The notes under the pieces are model-generated. The model saw nothing but the letters and a program-made list of their open reading frames with translations, had not been told where the DNA came from and did not search any database. From contig JAPEUG010000003.1 in assembly GCA_026025795.1 (NCBI GenBank), positions 124,001-162,625 on the forward strand: a stretch of DNA of 38,625 nt. The letters are read 5' to 3'. Made by a program: the position numbers and the translations under genes. This stretch comes from Thelocarpon superellum. Taxonomy: Eukaryota. Of this stretch, positions 1 to 10,697 are shown piece after piece. Positions within the stretch are counted from its first letter, which is position 1, and the number at the start of each line of letters is the position of its first letter.

Positions 1-201
1 ATGTCGTGAGCCAGGCGCCATTATCTCCCCCCCCTCTCCTTGACCACTCTCACCGACCTACCACTCATTCATCCTCACGGACCACCGTCGCTCCCAAACC
101 CCTTCATTCGCGTGTCGAATACTCCAGCAACCAACCGTAGACCAACCTGCGCGTCAAGCACTCGTGCTCCCACGAGTTGACCCACCCCAGCTCCCGCCGC
201 A

Positions 202-723
202 ATGACCACCGTCCTTGAGATTCCCAAGGAGTATGGGTGCGTGGCGCCCCTTCCCCTCCGCCGTCACCACCCGCCCGCCGACACTGGCTAACCGGTCGCC
301 AGATACGTGCTCGTGACGGCGTCGGCCTCGGGCCTGCTGAGCGCATACCACACTCTCCTGGTGGCACGACGCCGCAAGGCCGCTGGCATCAAGTATCCCA
401 ACTACTACGCCTCGGCTGAAGAAGCTGCCGCCGCGCCAGCCGCCTACTCCTTCAACTGCGCGCAGCGTGCCCACGGTAACTACCTCGAGCGTCTGCCCAC
501 GGTCCTGTCGTGCATCCTCATAAGCGGCCTCCACTATCCGCTTACGGCGACGGGCTTGGGCGTGGCGTGGGGCGTGGGTCGGGTCCTCTATGCGCAGGGA
601 TATGTCCAGGGTACGCCGGACGACACTGGCAAGGGGAGGAACAAGGGCTATTTCCATAACTACATCGAGCTCGGGCTCATTTTGCTGGCCGCGGCGACAG
701 GGGTGGGCATCATCATGGCGTGA
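202..723 (+). CDS. MAPEG family microsomal glutathione S-transferase 3-like protein (2 exons: 202-236, 303-723)
   Basis: ATG 202 gives MTTVLEIPKEYG. Intron 237-302 (GTGCGT...CTAAC...CAG) joins in frame to YVLVTA...RRKAAGIKYPNYYA...FNCAQRAHGNYLE...GRVLYAQGY, the MGST3/MAPEG signature. Confidence 0.9.
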
Positions 724-756
724 GCGATCATCCTTAAGGACGTGACGAGCCGCCGA

Positions 757-807
757 TGGAGCTGAGCTGGAGCTGGAGCTGGAGCTGGAGCTGGAGCTGG
801 AGCTGGA
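757..807. repeat. (GGAGCT)n hexanucleotide microsatellite, about 8 units
   Basis: Read directly: tggagctgagctggagctggagctggagct..., in the 98-bp gap between two convergent stop codons. Confidence 0.9.
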
Positions 808-821
808 TACAATCCATAGCA

Positions 822-1604
822 CTACGGAGCATGTCCAGTCTTGCCCCCTGCCTGACCCTCCCGGTCCATCTCCGTGTCGACCTTGCGTAAGACCTTGGCC
901 GGATTGCCAGCTACGACATGGAACGCGGGCACGTCTTTGGTCACTACCGAGCCCGCACCAATCGTGGCTCCCTTGCCGACCTTGACTCCTGGTCTACGAC
1001 ACCGATGAGCGGGGTCAGAGTACGTGTTGGTCCACACTCACAAAATCGTCACGTTGCCTCCAATCCAGCAGTCTTCACCGATGTCGATCTCCTCTCCCAG
1101 CTCCGGCCCCCGGGTGCCGTCACGGAGCGCGGGATCCAGTGGGTGGGTGCCGCTGTAGAAGCTCACGTTAGGCCCGACCAATGTCCGGGACCCGATCCGA
1201 ATGGCACAGGTGTCGAGGAAGATGGCATTGAAGTTGATGTAGACATTCTCGCCCAGGTAGATGTTGGTGCCGTAGTCGGCGGAGAAGGGGGCCTCAACCC
1301 ATGGATGGTCCTCAAAGAGAGCATCATCCGCCTCTTGCGTCGCGGCGAGCGGCGGTAGCGGGTTCAGGTCTTGGACGATGCTATCAGGCGTCAACGAGGG
1401 CGGCGGGATCGGCGGCACGGGTGGGCCACCCTACTCTTGCCACAGCTCCACCAGACGTCGGCGGGGCACCTCGCCCGCCGTATTGAAGCGCCGACAGGCG
1501 TGTAAGCATCGCTTGCGATCTTTCACGAGGCCTGGGTGAAAGGCATGGTAGAGCTCTCCGCTGAGCTGCCTCTGCTTCTGTTCGCGGTAATCGGTGAAGT
1601 CCAT
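822..1604 (-). CDS. Maltose/galactoside O-acetyltransferase-like protein (Mac domain plus hexapeptide left-handed beta-helix); exons 1604-1435, 1380-1042, 993-822
   Basis: N-terminus [24 protein letters not shown] (Mac-like). Also [58 protein letters not shown] and VAGNPAKV. Two GT-AG introns (54 and 48 nt) join three ORF fragments in frame. Confidence 0.9.
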
Positions 1605-1814
1605 GTTTCTGGCGTCGTGAAGCAGTTCTGGCGTGGACGGGACTCGACAGGAGCGAGTCACCGTTGCAGGCATGCCACACCGCACGCACGCCCAGCTGCA
1701 AGCCACCAGTCTCGCTCCGCGGAGCCTCAGCCCCGGGACAGCCTGTTGAGCTGTGCGCCTAATTGGAGCTTGGCTCGGCCGGTTGGTCGAGCGAGAGAAA
1801 GCGCCACGCCACGC

Positions 1815-1842
1815 CAGCACCAGCACCAGCACCAGCACCAGC
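1815..1842. repeat. (CAGCAC)n hexanucleotide microsatellite, about 4.5 units
   Basis: Read directly in the divergent intergenic region upstream of the acetyltransferase. Confidence 0.8.
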
Positions 1843-2189
1843 GCCGATCGCTCTCCAAGCTCCGAGCTGCAAATATTACCGGCACGCTGGGAACCGCTTC
1901 GTACGGACTCGTACCAGCACGCGGAGTGAGGCCCGCCATAGCTCTTTGTTTCACCTCCCCGGTGCCACCCAGTCTCGACGGCGCGCCTCCCTGTATCACC
2001 TCCCTAGATTGGCTCACTCAATCTCAGTCCCCTCGCCTGGGCACGAACAATAGACAATACGAAGCGGAGCCTTTAAGCAATCACTCGTCCCGCGATCCCA
2101 TCATGTCGGCACTCTGACGCTCCATCTCGCGTGATTCTCTCGCTCGTCGACCTAAAGATAGTATCTTCGTCCTCGTGCCCGCCTCAAAC

Positions 2190-3125
2190 ATGACGACGTC
2201 CGACAACGTGGACCTCGATCTTCAAAGTGACTCGCCCACCTTTTCGTGGACTCCCCCCCGTCCGTCCCAGGAATTGAACGGTGACGCCAGCTCGTCGCAT
2301 GGAGCTCCAACGCCCGATCTCAGCGCGAGTTCGGTGTCGTTTCGTGCCGGCCCGCTCGTCCACCCGGCCTTGCTGCCCGGTCAATCGCTCTCCGTCTCTG
2401 GCATCGCCTCACGAGCCTTCCTCCTCGGCGCCACCCTCGGCGTGTCCATCTCGCTCACCGTCTACTTCCTCGTGCAGTCGTCTCCTCTCTGGCGGCCTCC
2501 TTTCTTTCTGGCCACGCTCGCCCTCTTTCACGAGCTCGAATTCTGGACGACGGCACGGTATAATACGCAACATGTCTCCATCTCCTCTTTCCTTCTCACC
2601 TCGAATGGTGCGGCGTATAAGCTCGCGCACACGGCGGCGCTGGTCGAATGCCTGACGCGGAATTTCTTGTTCCCGCAGACGACGTGGTTTGGGCCAGTGC
2701 GCCCCAACGTGACCACCTCCCTCGGGCTCATTCTGATCGTGGTGGGCCAGACGACACGATCACTGGCCATGGCGCAAGCTGGGTCGAATTTCAACCACAT
2801 GGTGCAGACACGACGGACGGTGGATCACCACCTCGTCACGCACGGCATCTACGCCTTTCTGCGCCATCCTAGCTACTTTGGCTTCTTTTGGTGGGGCATT
2901 GGCACGCAGTTGGTGCTGGCCAACCCCATCTGTCTTGTGGCGTACGCGGTGGTGCTGTGGCAGTTCTTTCATCGGAGGATCCTGAGTAGGTGTCGGGATG
3001 CTGCATCGTGATACTACCGAGCTGATTGTGGCACAGAGGAAGAGGAGTTGCTGGTGGTCTTCTTCGGCAACGATTATGAAGAGTATCGTTCACGGACATG
3101 GACCGGTCTACCGTTGATTCCATGA
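2190..3125 (+). CDS. STE14: Protein-S-isoprenylcysteine O-methyltransferase (ICMT); exons 2190-2985, 3037-3125
   Basis: ICMT motifs AMAQAGSNFNHMVQ and HHLVTHGIYAFLRHPSYFGFFWW. Intron 2986-3036 (GTAGGT...CTGAT...CAG) restores the C-terminus RILKEEELLVVFFGNDYEEYRSRTWTGLPLIP*. Confidence 0.95.
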
Positions 3126-3289
3126 GGTCTCCATTTGCAGGTTCGACAGCTGAAATCGAGATGCGCCCTGGACGCTCGGACCATCGACCTACGACTGGGT
3201 TCACTCACAGTGCGAGCGGCGTCGCGCAGCAGCAGGCTCCTACCTTCGGAAGTCACTTGATCACACCAAGGTCATGACGACCTATGAAC

Positions 3290-3355
3290 GACGAGGTGGG
3301 ATGACAAATGTCGTCAAGGACGAGGTAGGATGACAAACGTCGTCAAGGACGAGGT
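3290..3355. repeat. 29-bp tandem repeat, about 2.3 copies
   Basis: gacgaggtgggatgacaaatgtcgtcaag / gacgaggtaggatgacaaacgtcgtcaag / gacgaggt; two transitions separate the full copies. Confidence 0.9.
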
Positions 3356-3605
3356 TTCCCTCGCGGCGAGTGACCTTGTGTTGCCATCAAAGTACACTCC
3401 TAACGTCTCGCAGGCGAGGAAGAGGACGAGTGCCATGGCCAGTGCAGGAGACGGAGACGTCTATACAATGAAGCCATGATACTAGCTAGCGAGCTTGAGA
3501 CTCAGCTACATCTCCGTCTAGAGGAGGATGGACGAGACGATGACCGAAAGGGATATCATACTGCTACATCACATAACATCGCAAAGGCATCAAACACTCA
3601 TACAC

Positions 3606-4799
3606 TCATAACTCTGTACTCTTCGCCCGTTCCTCATTCCAGAGACGATCAACGACTTGGAAGACGGCCGTGACTGCCTTGAGGATCTCTTCCTCGTATC
3701 CTTTCTCTTCCACTTCGTCCTCACGTTTCTCACCCGCCTCATCTCCCTCTTTCTTCGCGGCCAAAGTCCCCAGCAAACGATGCTGGATCTTATCTGGATG
3801 CCATCGTATACGCTCGCTTTTGAGGATGGCGACGAGCGAGAGGGGATCCACGGGGAACGAAGAGGAGGCGGCCGCGGAGGTCGACGAAGCGGCAGGCGCG
3901 CGGAGGAAGAACTGCTCGATATTCTCCGTCGAGAGGTCCGAGAGGCGCTGTGATTCCACCGGCCATGGGATGCGTGACTTCAGGCTCTTGGCGGAAAGAG
4001 ATGGCGCAGGGACGGAAGCGGCGGTAGACGAGGACGAGGACAAGGCATCCCATCTCTCCAGATACCGGGCCCACGCATTCAAGTGGCGCGTTTTCCGCCT
4101 TCGCTCCTCGCCACGACGCAGACTGGCTTCCAGCTCATGATCAAAGTCCATGCCTCGTCCTCGCTTTCGATAGGACTCGTGACGGCTCCGCTGCTCTTTC
4201 CCCTCGCGCTGCTGCTGTTCTTTCTCCGCTTTGGACCGCCGCCGTGCCTCGTCGCGCCGCGCGCGCTCCTCCATCACGGCCTCGTGCGTCTTCTCGTACA
4301 TGCGCGCGCGGACATACGCCGCGTACTCGTCGTCTGTCATGCGCTCGAGCTCGCCGTCTGGCCCGGCCTGCACGGGCGCATCGTAGATGTGGATGGGCTG
4401 CCCGTACACGCCCTCCCAGAACGCGGCGCCTTCGTCGTCCGCCAAAGCGTCGAAGAGACTCTCGCGGAATGCCTTTTCCGTGTCCATCCCGATGCCACTG
4501 TCACGGCCGCTGTCGGGGCTGAAGTATTGCGGTATGCCGTGGGGTGGAGTCGAGGGCCGGTGGTGGTGGCGGGAGCGGTGATGGTGACGGTGTCGCTGTG
4601 ACTGGCCGCCGTGAGGACCAGAGGAGGGACTGCGGCTTCGTGTCCGTGATTTCCGCGGCCGTGGGTCTACGTCGTACTGATCGTCGTCGTCGCGATGCTT
4701 CCGTTTCGTCTTGAATCGAAAGCGGGACGGCTTGGTTGAATCGTACCCGGTGCCAGCCTGGGACGCAGGGTCGCCGCCCGGCGCTGGATCGGCCATCAT
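3606..4799 (-). CDS. Conserved fungal hypothetical protein with NFKBIL1 (IkappaB-like)-type C-terminal region; intronless
   Basis: Likely start MMADPAP at 4799. RS/His-rich basic N-terminus, then AFRESLFDALADDEGAAFWEGVYGQPIH, MTDDEYAAYVR, a charged coiled coil, IPWPV and LKSERIRWHPDK. The IPWP...RWHPDK pattern resembles the NFKBIL1 C-terminus (inference). No ankyrin repeats seen. Confidence 0.65.
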   Translation of the reverse strand: MMADPAPGGDPASQAGTGYDSTKPSRFRFKTKRKHRDDDDQYDVDPRPRKSRTRSRSPSSGPHGGQSQRHRHHHRSRHHHRPSTPPHGIPQYFSPDSGRDSGIGMDTEKAFRESLFDALADDEGAAFWEGVYGQPIHIYDAPVQAGPDGELERMTDDEYAAYVRARMYEKTHEAVMEERARRDEARRRSKAEKEQQQREGKEQRSRHESYRKRGRGMDFDHELEASLRRGEERRRKTRHLNAWARYLERWDALSSSSSTAASVPAPSLSAKSLKSRIPWPVESQRLSDLSTENIEQFFLRAPAASSTSAAASSSFPVDPLSLVAILKSERIRWHPDKIQHRLLGTLAAKKEGDEAGEKREDEVEEKGYEEEILKAVTAVFQVVDRLWNEERAKSTEL

Positions 4800-4925
4800 G
4801 GCTTGTTCGTCAGGCTTGCTGTTATCGTCGTTCCATCGGATCGTGTATGAATGGTGAAGGATGGTGACGGACGGTTTAAGAGATAGAAATGGGGAACACA
4901 TATGACGTGGGGCAGGGCGAGGCAA

Positions 4926-4933
4926 GTCACGTG
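4926..4933. promoter_or_regulatory. GTCACGTG E-box (Cbf1/bHLH-type) in the 290-bp bidirectional promoter
   Basis: Exact RTCACGTG match between the divergent starts at 4799 and 5090; function is inferred only. Confidence 0.3.
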
Positions 4934-5089
4934 TGCCGACGAGATGCGATGTCGGCCATCCTCCAACGAAATGGATGTCGGGCGAAGCTGCAAATTTCAA
5001 GCTTCATTTAGTCCGTATTGAGTGCTCCTCAGGCTAATAATGACGAGGTTCGGTTTGAAATGATCTGAGTATTCGCACCAATCTCAATC

Positions 5090-6283
5090 ATGCCGACGCT
5101 GTCCTACGGCTTGAACATCACAAAGAAGCCCGGGGCGGCCAGCAAACCAGCAACAGCGAAGCGAAAGCCCATCTTCGATGAAGACGAGGAGGAGGATGAA
5201 GAGACCGAGGTGCAGGGCGCCGAAGAAATCGGCGTGATTGGTGGTGTCGCGGAGACCAAGACACGACCGACTACGACCTCGACTCACGGGAAAGCCGGAG
5301 TCAAGGCCAGCAGCAAACCATCCATTTCCGTCTACGGAGACCTCTCCAGCAGTCACACGTCAAACAAGCACGCCTCCGAGGCCGTCTCGGTGGATCCCTC
5401 CATCTACGACTACGACGCCGCCTATGACTCGCTGCACGCCGCGGCGGCCAAGAAGGCCTCCGACGCGGCGGCGGCCGAGGGCAAGAAGCCCAAATACATG
5501 GCCTCGCTCCTGGCGGCGGCCGAGGTCCGCAAACGGGACCAGCTCCGGGCCAAGGACAAGTTGCTGGCGAAAGAGCGCGAGGCCGAGGGCGATGAATATG
5601 CCGACAAGGAGAAGTTTGTGACGAGCGCCTACAAGGCGCAGCAGGAGGAGGCCCGACGTCTCGAGGCCGAGGAGACGCTCCGAGAGGAAGAGGCCCAGCG
5701 GCGGACGAAGCGCGAGGGCGGGGGCATGACAGGCTTCTATCGCAGCGTGCTCGAGAAGGACGAGAAGCGGCACGAGGAGGCCCTAACGGCCGCGGCGGCC
5801 CAAGCTCCCGCGGGCGCGTCCGAGACGAAGGATCCCACCGGAGAGGAGGCACCCGAGACGTCGGAGGTGGATCTGGCCAAGGAACTCAAGGCCAAGGGCC
5901 GTGAGGTGGCCTTCAACGACGAAGGTCAGGTGGTCGACAAGCGCCAACTGCTCTCGGCCGGCTTGAACGTCAGGCCAAAGCCAAAGGCGTCGCCGTCGAC
6001 CTCGTCGCATCCATCGTCTTCAGCCTCGCGTGGCGGGCCGCCCGCGGCATTGCAAGGCAAAGCCGCGATACAGCGTGCTATGCGAGAGCGGCAGACGCGC
6101 ATGATGGAGGAGCAGCTGGCGCAGTCGACCAAGCGAGCCCTCGACGACGAGGATGAGCGGAAAGCGGAAGTCGAGCGGTCCGCCAAGTCGAAGAAGACGG
6201 CCAGCGATGTCTCGAGCGCCCGAGAGCGTTACCTCCAGCGAAAGCGAGCGGCCGAAGAGGCCAGGAAGAAGGCCGACGCATGA
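5090..6283 (+). CDS. NSRP1: Nuclear speckle splicing regulatory protein 1 / CCDC55-like (DUF2040); intronless
   Basis: MPTLSYGLN start, DPSIYDYDAAYDSLH, KKPKYMASLLAAAEVRKRD, KEREAEGDEYADKEKFVTSAYK and C-terminal SARERYLQRK are characteristic of this family. Confidence 0.88.
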   Translation: MPTLSYGLNITKKPGAASKPATAKRKPIFDEDEEEDEETEVQGAEEIGVIGGVAETKTRPTTTSTHGKAGVKASSKPSISVYGDLSSSHTSNKHASEAVSVDPSIYDYDAAYDSLHAAAAKKASDAAAAEGKKPKYMASLLAAAEVRKRDQLRAKDKLLAKEREAEGDEYADKEKFVTSAYKAQQEEARRLEAEETLREEEAQRRTKREGGGMTGFYRSVLEKDEKRHEEALTAAAAQAPAGASETKDPTGEEAPETSEVDLAKELKAKGREVAFNDEGQVVDKRQLLSAGLNVRPKPKASPSTSSHPSSSASRGGPPAALQGKAAIQRAMRERQTRMMEEQLAQSTKRALDDEDERKAEVERSAKSKKTASDVSSARERYLQRKRAAEEARKKADA

Positions 6284-6337
6284 TCACCAGGGACAGATTC
6301 GTCCTGAGGGATTATTTGGTCCTACGACACTGCTATC

Positions 6338-6366
6338 CCATCACCATCACCATCACCATCACCACC
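6338..6366. repeat. (CATCAC)n hexanucleotide repeat, about 4.5 units, overlapping the PRCC stop codon
   Basis: ccatcaccatcaccatcaccatcaccacc read directly. Confidence 0.8.
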
Positions 6367-7600
6367 CATACCGGCTGCCGGCCTCTTTCTTGTTCCTCCT
6401 GCCCGAGGCAAAGTGCTCCTCCAGCGCCTCCTTCTGCGCACTCGCGGCACCGAGCAACTGCTTCAGGCTGTGTTTGCCTGGCGCGATGGCCCGTACCGGA
6501 TTGTGCTGCACCGTGTCACCCGACGCCCGCAGCGATTCGTTGGCCGCGTACTCCTGGTCCGTGTTGAAGTTGATCACTTTGACCGCCGCCGGCATCGGAC
6601 CTGCGCCAGCCCCTTTCTGGCGTCCGAAGAGCTGTCGACGTGCCGCCGCGGTAAGATTCAGATCATCTGCGATGGTGTCGAGGGACTGTGAATCGCTCGC
6701 AGACAGGGAGGGTAGATCGTGACCGGGTGGTAGCGACGTCTCATCGGCCGCCCCGCCATCTTTCGGGACGGCGAGATCCGGAGGTGACTCGACATCGTCC
6801 GGCGGCGTCCCAGAGCGGTAGATCATGGGATGGTAGTTGCCGGTAGACGGTACCGTGGGTGCTGCCGAGAAATCTTCATTAAGAGAAAACAAAGAGGGTC
6901 GTGACGAAGCCTGAGAGGAGGCCTGAGCGGTGTCATGCGGAGGAAGCGTCTTCTCGACCACGCCTGTCTTGACCGGCTTCTTCTTCTTGGCGTTCCGTGC
7001 TACCGACAGAGGCTTGAACATGGTCGACTTGCCCGTCTTTTTGACCTCGACCTGGTCTGTCCCAGTAGTGGATGCCAGGGTAGGTACATCAGACGTCATC
7101 TTCTCCGGCGGGGATCCCTCCAACGTCGCCGGTCCTCCCCGGTAATGCTGGTAATGCTCCTCGTAATTCCTCGCACCCGATTCCAGCCCAGACTCAGGCG
7201 CCGGCTCAGGCTCCCGGCTGAATCCCGGCGTAGCCCCCGTTTTCAAGCTTACTCCATTTCCCAGGCCTCTCGATCTCGCCTCGGGTCGGCTCCCTGACGC
7301 AGCAGCAGCAGCATCACCACCACCACCGGCTCGACCCGTACGCTTGGGGGCCGGGAGGAGGTCGTTGAATCCACTGAAGGCTCCTCCGCCCGTCCGGGCT
7401 CGTTTGGCAGGTCGATCAGTGGGTGGCGTGGCGCCGTTGGCCGTGTCATCGGTGGCAAGGCCGGCGAGGTCGACCCGGATCTTGTGCGGGTTGGAGCGGT
7501 CGACGACCTTCTGAAAGGTGGATTTCTTGCCGGCGACGGGTTTGGGTGCGGGTGCTGTCTCGCCCTCTGAGCTCCCCGAGTCGGAATAGTCGACCAACAT
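6359..7600 (-). CDS. PRCC: PRCC family protein (proline-rich mitotic checkpoint control factor / spliceosome-associated); intronless
   Basis: Family N-terminus MLVDYSDS at 7600, internal FNDLLPAPK, and C-terminal GKHSLKQLL...QKEALEEHFASGRRNKKEAGSRYGW*. Confidence 0.85.
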   Translation of the reverse strand: MLVDYSDSGSSEGETAPAPKPVAGKKSTFQKVVDRSNPHKIRVDLAGLATDDTANGATPPTDRPAKRARTGGGAFSGFNDLLPAPKRTGRAGGGGDAAAAASGSRPEARSRGLGNGVSLKTGATPGFSREPEPAPESGLESGARNYEEHYQHYRGGPATLEGSPPEKMTSDVPTLASTTGTDQVEVKKTGKSTMFKPLSVARNAKKKKPVKTGVVEKTLPPHDTAQASSQASSRPSLFSLNEDFSAAPTVPSTGNYHPMIYRSGTPPDDVESPPDLAVPKDGGAADETSLPPGHDLPSLSASDSQSLDTIADDLNLTAAARRQLFGRQKGAGAGPMPAAVKVINFNTDQEYAANESLRASGDTVQHNPVRAIAPGKHSLKQLLGAASAQKEALEEHFASGRRNKKEAGSRYGW

Positions 7601-7920
7601 GATGGGTGGCGGGGATGCAACCCGTGAAGGATGGTTGGGGTGAATTCTGGGGACGCAAGACTGCGGTCGGCCGACGATCTTGGTTGGGTGATCGGTGTAG
7701 CTCGAAGAGCAACCGCGGGCTCCCCACCCCAACTCAGGCTCGAATCGACGTACTACCTGCCCAACGCTTCTGGGAGATGCCCTCAGTACCATCGTCAGCC
7801 CCTGCACAACCTTGTGACTGCCGTCTCTGAATAGTCTTGGGCTCTTGACGTCTGCAGCGAGAGCCCTGATCATGGCGTATCGCGGTCATTGACGGTCCAG
7901 CGAAGTCCAAGACGTACAGC

Positions 7921-10451
7921 ATGTCGTTGCTACAGAATGAAGAGTACGTTCACCAGCCGCCCACCGAATCCGTCTACGACCTGACCTGTGGTACCTAGCT
8001 TCACCATCTTTCATCTTCGCTCGTCCTATCTCTCGGTGATCAAGGATGGCGTGGGTGAGCGACTGCTCAGCGTCGACCCCTCCGTCTTCAATACCCCGGG
8101 CTTCCGATCTGCCGGATGGCAGCCCACGGCCTCCGACGTCAAACGCACCTACTCTCCGCCCATTCCGACCGCCATCGACTCCGACTACTTCCAAGCCCCT
8201 CCCAGATCCGCGGGATTGCCACCCCCAGGTTTTGGCGACGATGAAGACGAAGGCGGGCTGGTCACGGGCGCGGGCGGCAGTGGAGACACGGTGGGCCCGG
8301 GGCTGAACGCTCGACGGCGCCGGCGCCGCGAACAGATGGAGGAGGATGATAGCAGTGACTTGAGTGATGACAGTGAAGATGGCGATGGCACCCAGAGGTT
8401 TGTGGGCTGTACGCATCCTGCATCCCAATCATACCGCTGACTGCACCACCAGAGCTGCGCAGCAGATCCGGTTTGCCAAGATGCCCGTTCGTACGCGCTC
8501 AGGCTCGTCACCCATTCGTAGCTCCAACGTGCGGGACTCCCCCATTCTCGCGGTCAATGGATCCTCGCGCCTGCCCGGACAGAGTCATGTCCGCCGCGGC
8601 TCGCTCGGCGCCGTCGAGGCCATCAAGCAACGCGCACGACGCGGCACGACGACCAGCAGTGAGATGTCCTCGGAGAACGAGCTGGATCCCTCCATCTTTC
8701 GCCGGAAGCAGATCAATCCCACCGGCGCCGCCAAGGCCACCCGGGCGCTGGCGGATACGATGCAGCCCACGTCGCGGCAGACGACCAAGGAGAGCACGGA
8801 TCTCGAGGACGAAGGATCGGGCGAGGAGTCTGACGGTTCCGCTCTCTCCTCCGAGTTCGCCGAGACGGCCGACTCACCCTCCTTTCTCAACGGCGTCTCC
8901 CACTCCCTCACCTCTTCCCCCTTGGGCCACATCCCCGTGGCCGCCACGCCGCAGACGACCTCGCCCAAGCGATCGAAAGCGGCCCCGGCGCTGCTCCAGG
9001 CGCTGCCCCCCCCGCGTCCCATCAGCGTCGTCCAGCCGATCAGCGCCTTGAGTTCGGCCATCAACGCCAAGCGCGCACGCGCTGCCACGCCCTATGAGCG
9101 ATTCGCCCGCTTTTCCGGCAAAGGCGACCCGGCGCCGCTACGGCTCAAGATCTACGCCCCCTTCTCCGAGACGCCGACGACGCCATTCGAAGTCTACATT
9201 CTACGGCACGTACGCGACGACCACAACATCGAGCGAAAGGTATCGGTCGTCGACGCCATCGGCTTGAGCATGTGGCGCTACGCCGAGGAGAAGCTGGCGC
9301 CGGCGCTGAGCGGGGAGCAGATGAACGTCAACCGCTGGACCCTGCGCATGGTGGAAGACGAAGAGGTCGACTACGACTTTCCCGCGCTCGACCGCACCAA
9401 GGGCTTGCACGACTTTACCTCCAACAACAATCGCGCCATCCGGACCCGCGCCAGCGCCAATTCCTTCGACGAGTTTGCCTTGGTCGAGGCCACGGACGAG
9501 CAGTTCGGCGAGAACGAACGCCTGACGCCGAACCCCACCCCGCAGTCGGCGATCGTGGAGGAGCCGGAGGAGGTAACGGTGCAGGCGTCACCGGGCATCG
9601 CTGTCGTGCCCCGACGCAACCCCCGGCACGCGCCCGCCTTCATCAGCTCGCCCGCCCTTCGTGCCACCGCCAGCATTCCCGTGGACGCGCCGACGACGTC
9701 GACCAGCCACGCCACGCCACGCACGGGCGCCTCCAAGATCATCAAGATCCACTTCACCTCGGCCGAGGGCTACCAGCAGCTCGTGGCGCTCGACGTCACC
9801 ACCGACACCTATCTGGCCGAGGTGCTCGACATCGTGTGCAAGAAGCGCAACCTGGACAAGGCCCATCACATCTTCAAGGTCAGCAACACCAACGTCGTGG
9901 CCCCGCTCGATCGGGTGGTGGAGTCGCTGGGTGAGCACACGGATCTCGACCTGGTCCGCCGTCGCTTTGGGAACGACGGCGGCATGGTGGGCGGCAGCCC
10001 GGGCAGCACGCCGCCCAACGCGCCCCTGATCATGATCGATCGTCGCAAGGGGGCCAAGAAGGAGGCGCAGATGCTCCATCCCCTGACCCACCACGAAGAC
10101 GCGCTGGGCATCGCGGCCAACTACAAAAAGTACACGGTGTGGCGCAAGCAGCCGATGAGCTTCATGCCGACGCACGAGCGCATCCTGGCCTTGGACGCCG
10201 AGTACATGCACATCATGCCGGGCGAGACGGGCAAGAGCACCATCTTCGACAGCGGAGCCAAGACGACGACGATCCACTTTGGCTCCATCATCGGCTGCAA
10301 ATGTTCACGCAAGCACCCCAGCAACTTCTCCGTGTTGGTGCTCAAGGCCAAGGAGAGCAAGCGATATGACTTTGAGGCCACCAATTCCAACGAGGCGGCC
10401 GAGATCGTGTCAGACATCAAGAAACGCGTGGAGCCGTTTTCGGAAGAGTGA
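7921..10451 (+). CDS. AVO1: TORC2 subunit Avo1/Sin1 (SAPK-interacting protein 1); exons 7921-7943, 7999-8397, 8453-10451
   Basis: Spliced N-terminus MSLLQNEDFTIFHLRSSYL. CRIM region WTLRMVEDEEVDYDFPALDR...FDEFALVEAT, Ras-binding-like region LAEVLDIVCKKRNLD, and PH domain YKKYTVWRKQPMSF...KRYDFEA. Two 55-nt GT-AG introns. Confidence 0.93.
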
Positions 10452-10697
10452 GGGGAATCATGAACAATGAAGTCTGAATGTTGCGTCCACGGCGAGGTGG
10501 GCTTCGCCGGTGATGGTTTTCGGTGTGCGCACGGGCGTGCAAGATGTCCCATTGTTGGGGCACGCATACCATTCTTGACGGCCACGAACAAAGGAGACTT
10601 TCTCGTCTTCTTCACGGCGTGTGAAGGGTCACGATGGTTCCGATGAACATCTCTCTTGTCGTCGGCCCGACGGGGGGTATATAGTCCGAGAGTCACC

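Noticed and set aside
154..822. 222-aa minus-strand ORF with poly-Ser
   Set aside because: The poly-Ser comes from the (GGAGCT)n microsatellite; the rest is antisense to the MAPEG gene.
3290..3355. 29-bp repeats as a CRISPR-like array
   Set aside because: Copies are directly adjacent without spacers, only about 2.3 units, in a eukaryotic context with no cas genes.
7601..7873. Long N-terminal extensions in the ORF track (PRCC from 7873; also 5000, 14629, 21869, 27596)
   Set aside because: Family-typical N-termini begin at downstream ATGs (7600, 4799, 14578, 21680, 27560). The extensions run through promoter DNA and several start at GTG/TTG, which is not the norm in fungi.
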